DNA of 64,000 bases from Octopus sinensis (Eukaryota): NCBI RefSeq assembly GCF_006345805.1, contig NC_043021.1:9114001-9178000 (forward strand), given 5' to 3'. Positions 62,881 through 64,000 of the stretch are shown here, in pieces. Position 1 is the stretch's first letter. Each line of letters starts with the position of its first letter. The position numbers were made by a program, and so were the translations under genes. A model generated the notes under the pieces. It worked only from the letters and a program-made list of their open reading frames with translations, was not told the origin of the DNA and ran no database searches.

Positions 62881-64000
62881 CCTATGTTTAAAGGGTTCTA
62901 GCAGATTTATTTGTATCATTCCTTTACCATCACTCTCCCCCGCTACCTTAATCACCAATCACTCTCACCAATCACTTTGATTCTACTAAACACTTCTGCT
63001 TCATTTAACCACTCACCCTGGTTCCTCTGCCATCCTCTCTCTCTCTCTCTTTTATTCACCCTCTTGGTCACAGTACCATCATAGAGTCAGCAAAGATTTT
63101 TATTGTACGTAAAAAGCACCATCCGAATCGTGGCCGAAGCCAGTGCCGCCTCGAATGGCTTCCGTGCAGGTGGCACGTAAAATGCACCAATCCGACCGTA
63201 GCCGGTGCCAGCCTCGCCTGGCACTAGTGCAAGTGACACGTAAAAAGCACCCACTACACTCACGGAGTGGTTGGCGTTAGGAAGGGCATCCAGCTGTAGA
63301 AACATTGCCAGATAAGACTGGAGCCTGGTGCAGCCGCCTTCTGGCTTCCCAGATCCCCGGTCGAACCGTCCAACCCATGCTAGCATGGAGAACGGACGTT
63401 AAACGATGATGATGATGATGATGGAGTGCCAGGTAACCTCATAATTTCAGGTACCATGATGAACTCAATACACACTGTAAAATGATTGGTGAATGAGTAG
63501 AAACAACACAGGGTCGAGAGGAGCCTCTAGGTTTGTCAAAGATATGACAATCTCTCACTTGCACCGGTGCCAGGATAAAATGCAGCCAGTGCACCACAAA
63601 GTAGATAGTGGAGGAATGGAGACAACACAGGGCAGAGAGGACCCTTTAGTTTTCTTGAAGATAAGACGATGTTCCTGGTGCTGATGCTATGATAAAGTAG
63701 TTGATGTAGGACGGATATCCAGCCATAAACTAGACATCAAAATGGTATGTACAAACGGGACATTGTCCTCCAATCTGAAAGGAAGGCTGTAACTCTGAAT
63801 AAGAACTGACTCCGATCATAATGACAGGCCCAACCCATGTTGGCACAGAAAGCAAACATAGACGATTATGATAATGATAGTAATAGCGGCAAAACCCATT
63901 GAGACCTAAATTTACTACAGACAAAAACCATAAAAGCATATAATTAAAAATTAATTGCAATTAATTCAGTAAAGCTAAGTACACAGATGTCCTTTGTTAA

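Noticed and set aside
59376-64000. First coding exon or promoter of SLF1
   Set aside because: I found no sequence encoding the BRCT beta-1 (S/T)G motif with a phase-0 donor; the region is mostly repeats, so the exon is probably outside the window.

Overview
AT-rich, repeat-dense animal genomic DNA, most likely an octopus (inferred from the tRNA-derived SINE families, microsatellite load and intron sizes). Most of the window is one minus-strand gene, an SLF1/ANKRD32 orthologue (tandem BRCT, helical middle region, three ankyrin repeats). I reconstructed 18 GT-AG coding exons from 59375 to the stop at 6240. They total 2832 nt (943 aa), all intron phases match, and the first coding exon appears to lie beyond the window. 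The introns hold SINEs, CR1/RTE LINE fragments, piggyBac-, hAT- and pogo-type MITEs, two Helitron copies and TE-derived tandem repeats. The most interesting layer is a set of Penelope-like elements (PLEs) and hammerhead ribozyme (HHR) motifs. (1) A 4.3-kb head-to-head PLE palindrome has an HHR in each arm. (2) A Naiad-type PLE fossil has a TGA exactly at the last Cys of its linker CxxC motif (possible selenocysteine) and a 3' HHR with a swapped G3-C8 core pair. (3) A tRNA-headed, HHR-carrying short element occurs repeatedly with inverted partial copies, like a PLE-mobilised SINE/retrozyme. (4) Several other unrelated HHR motifs are scattered through the introns. Also notable are a 100-bp near-perfect hairpin just downstream of the SLF1 stop and a Lys-to-Glu change in the BRCT phosphate pocket. 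All analysis was done by eye, so repeat boundaries are approximate and family names come from remembered motifs.
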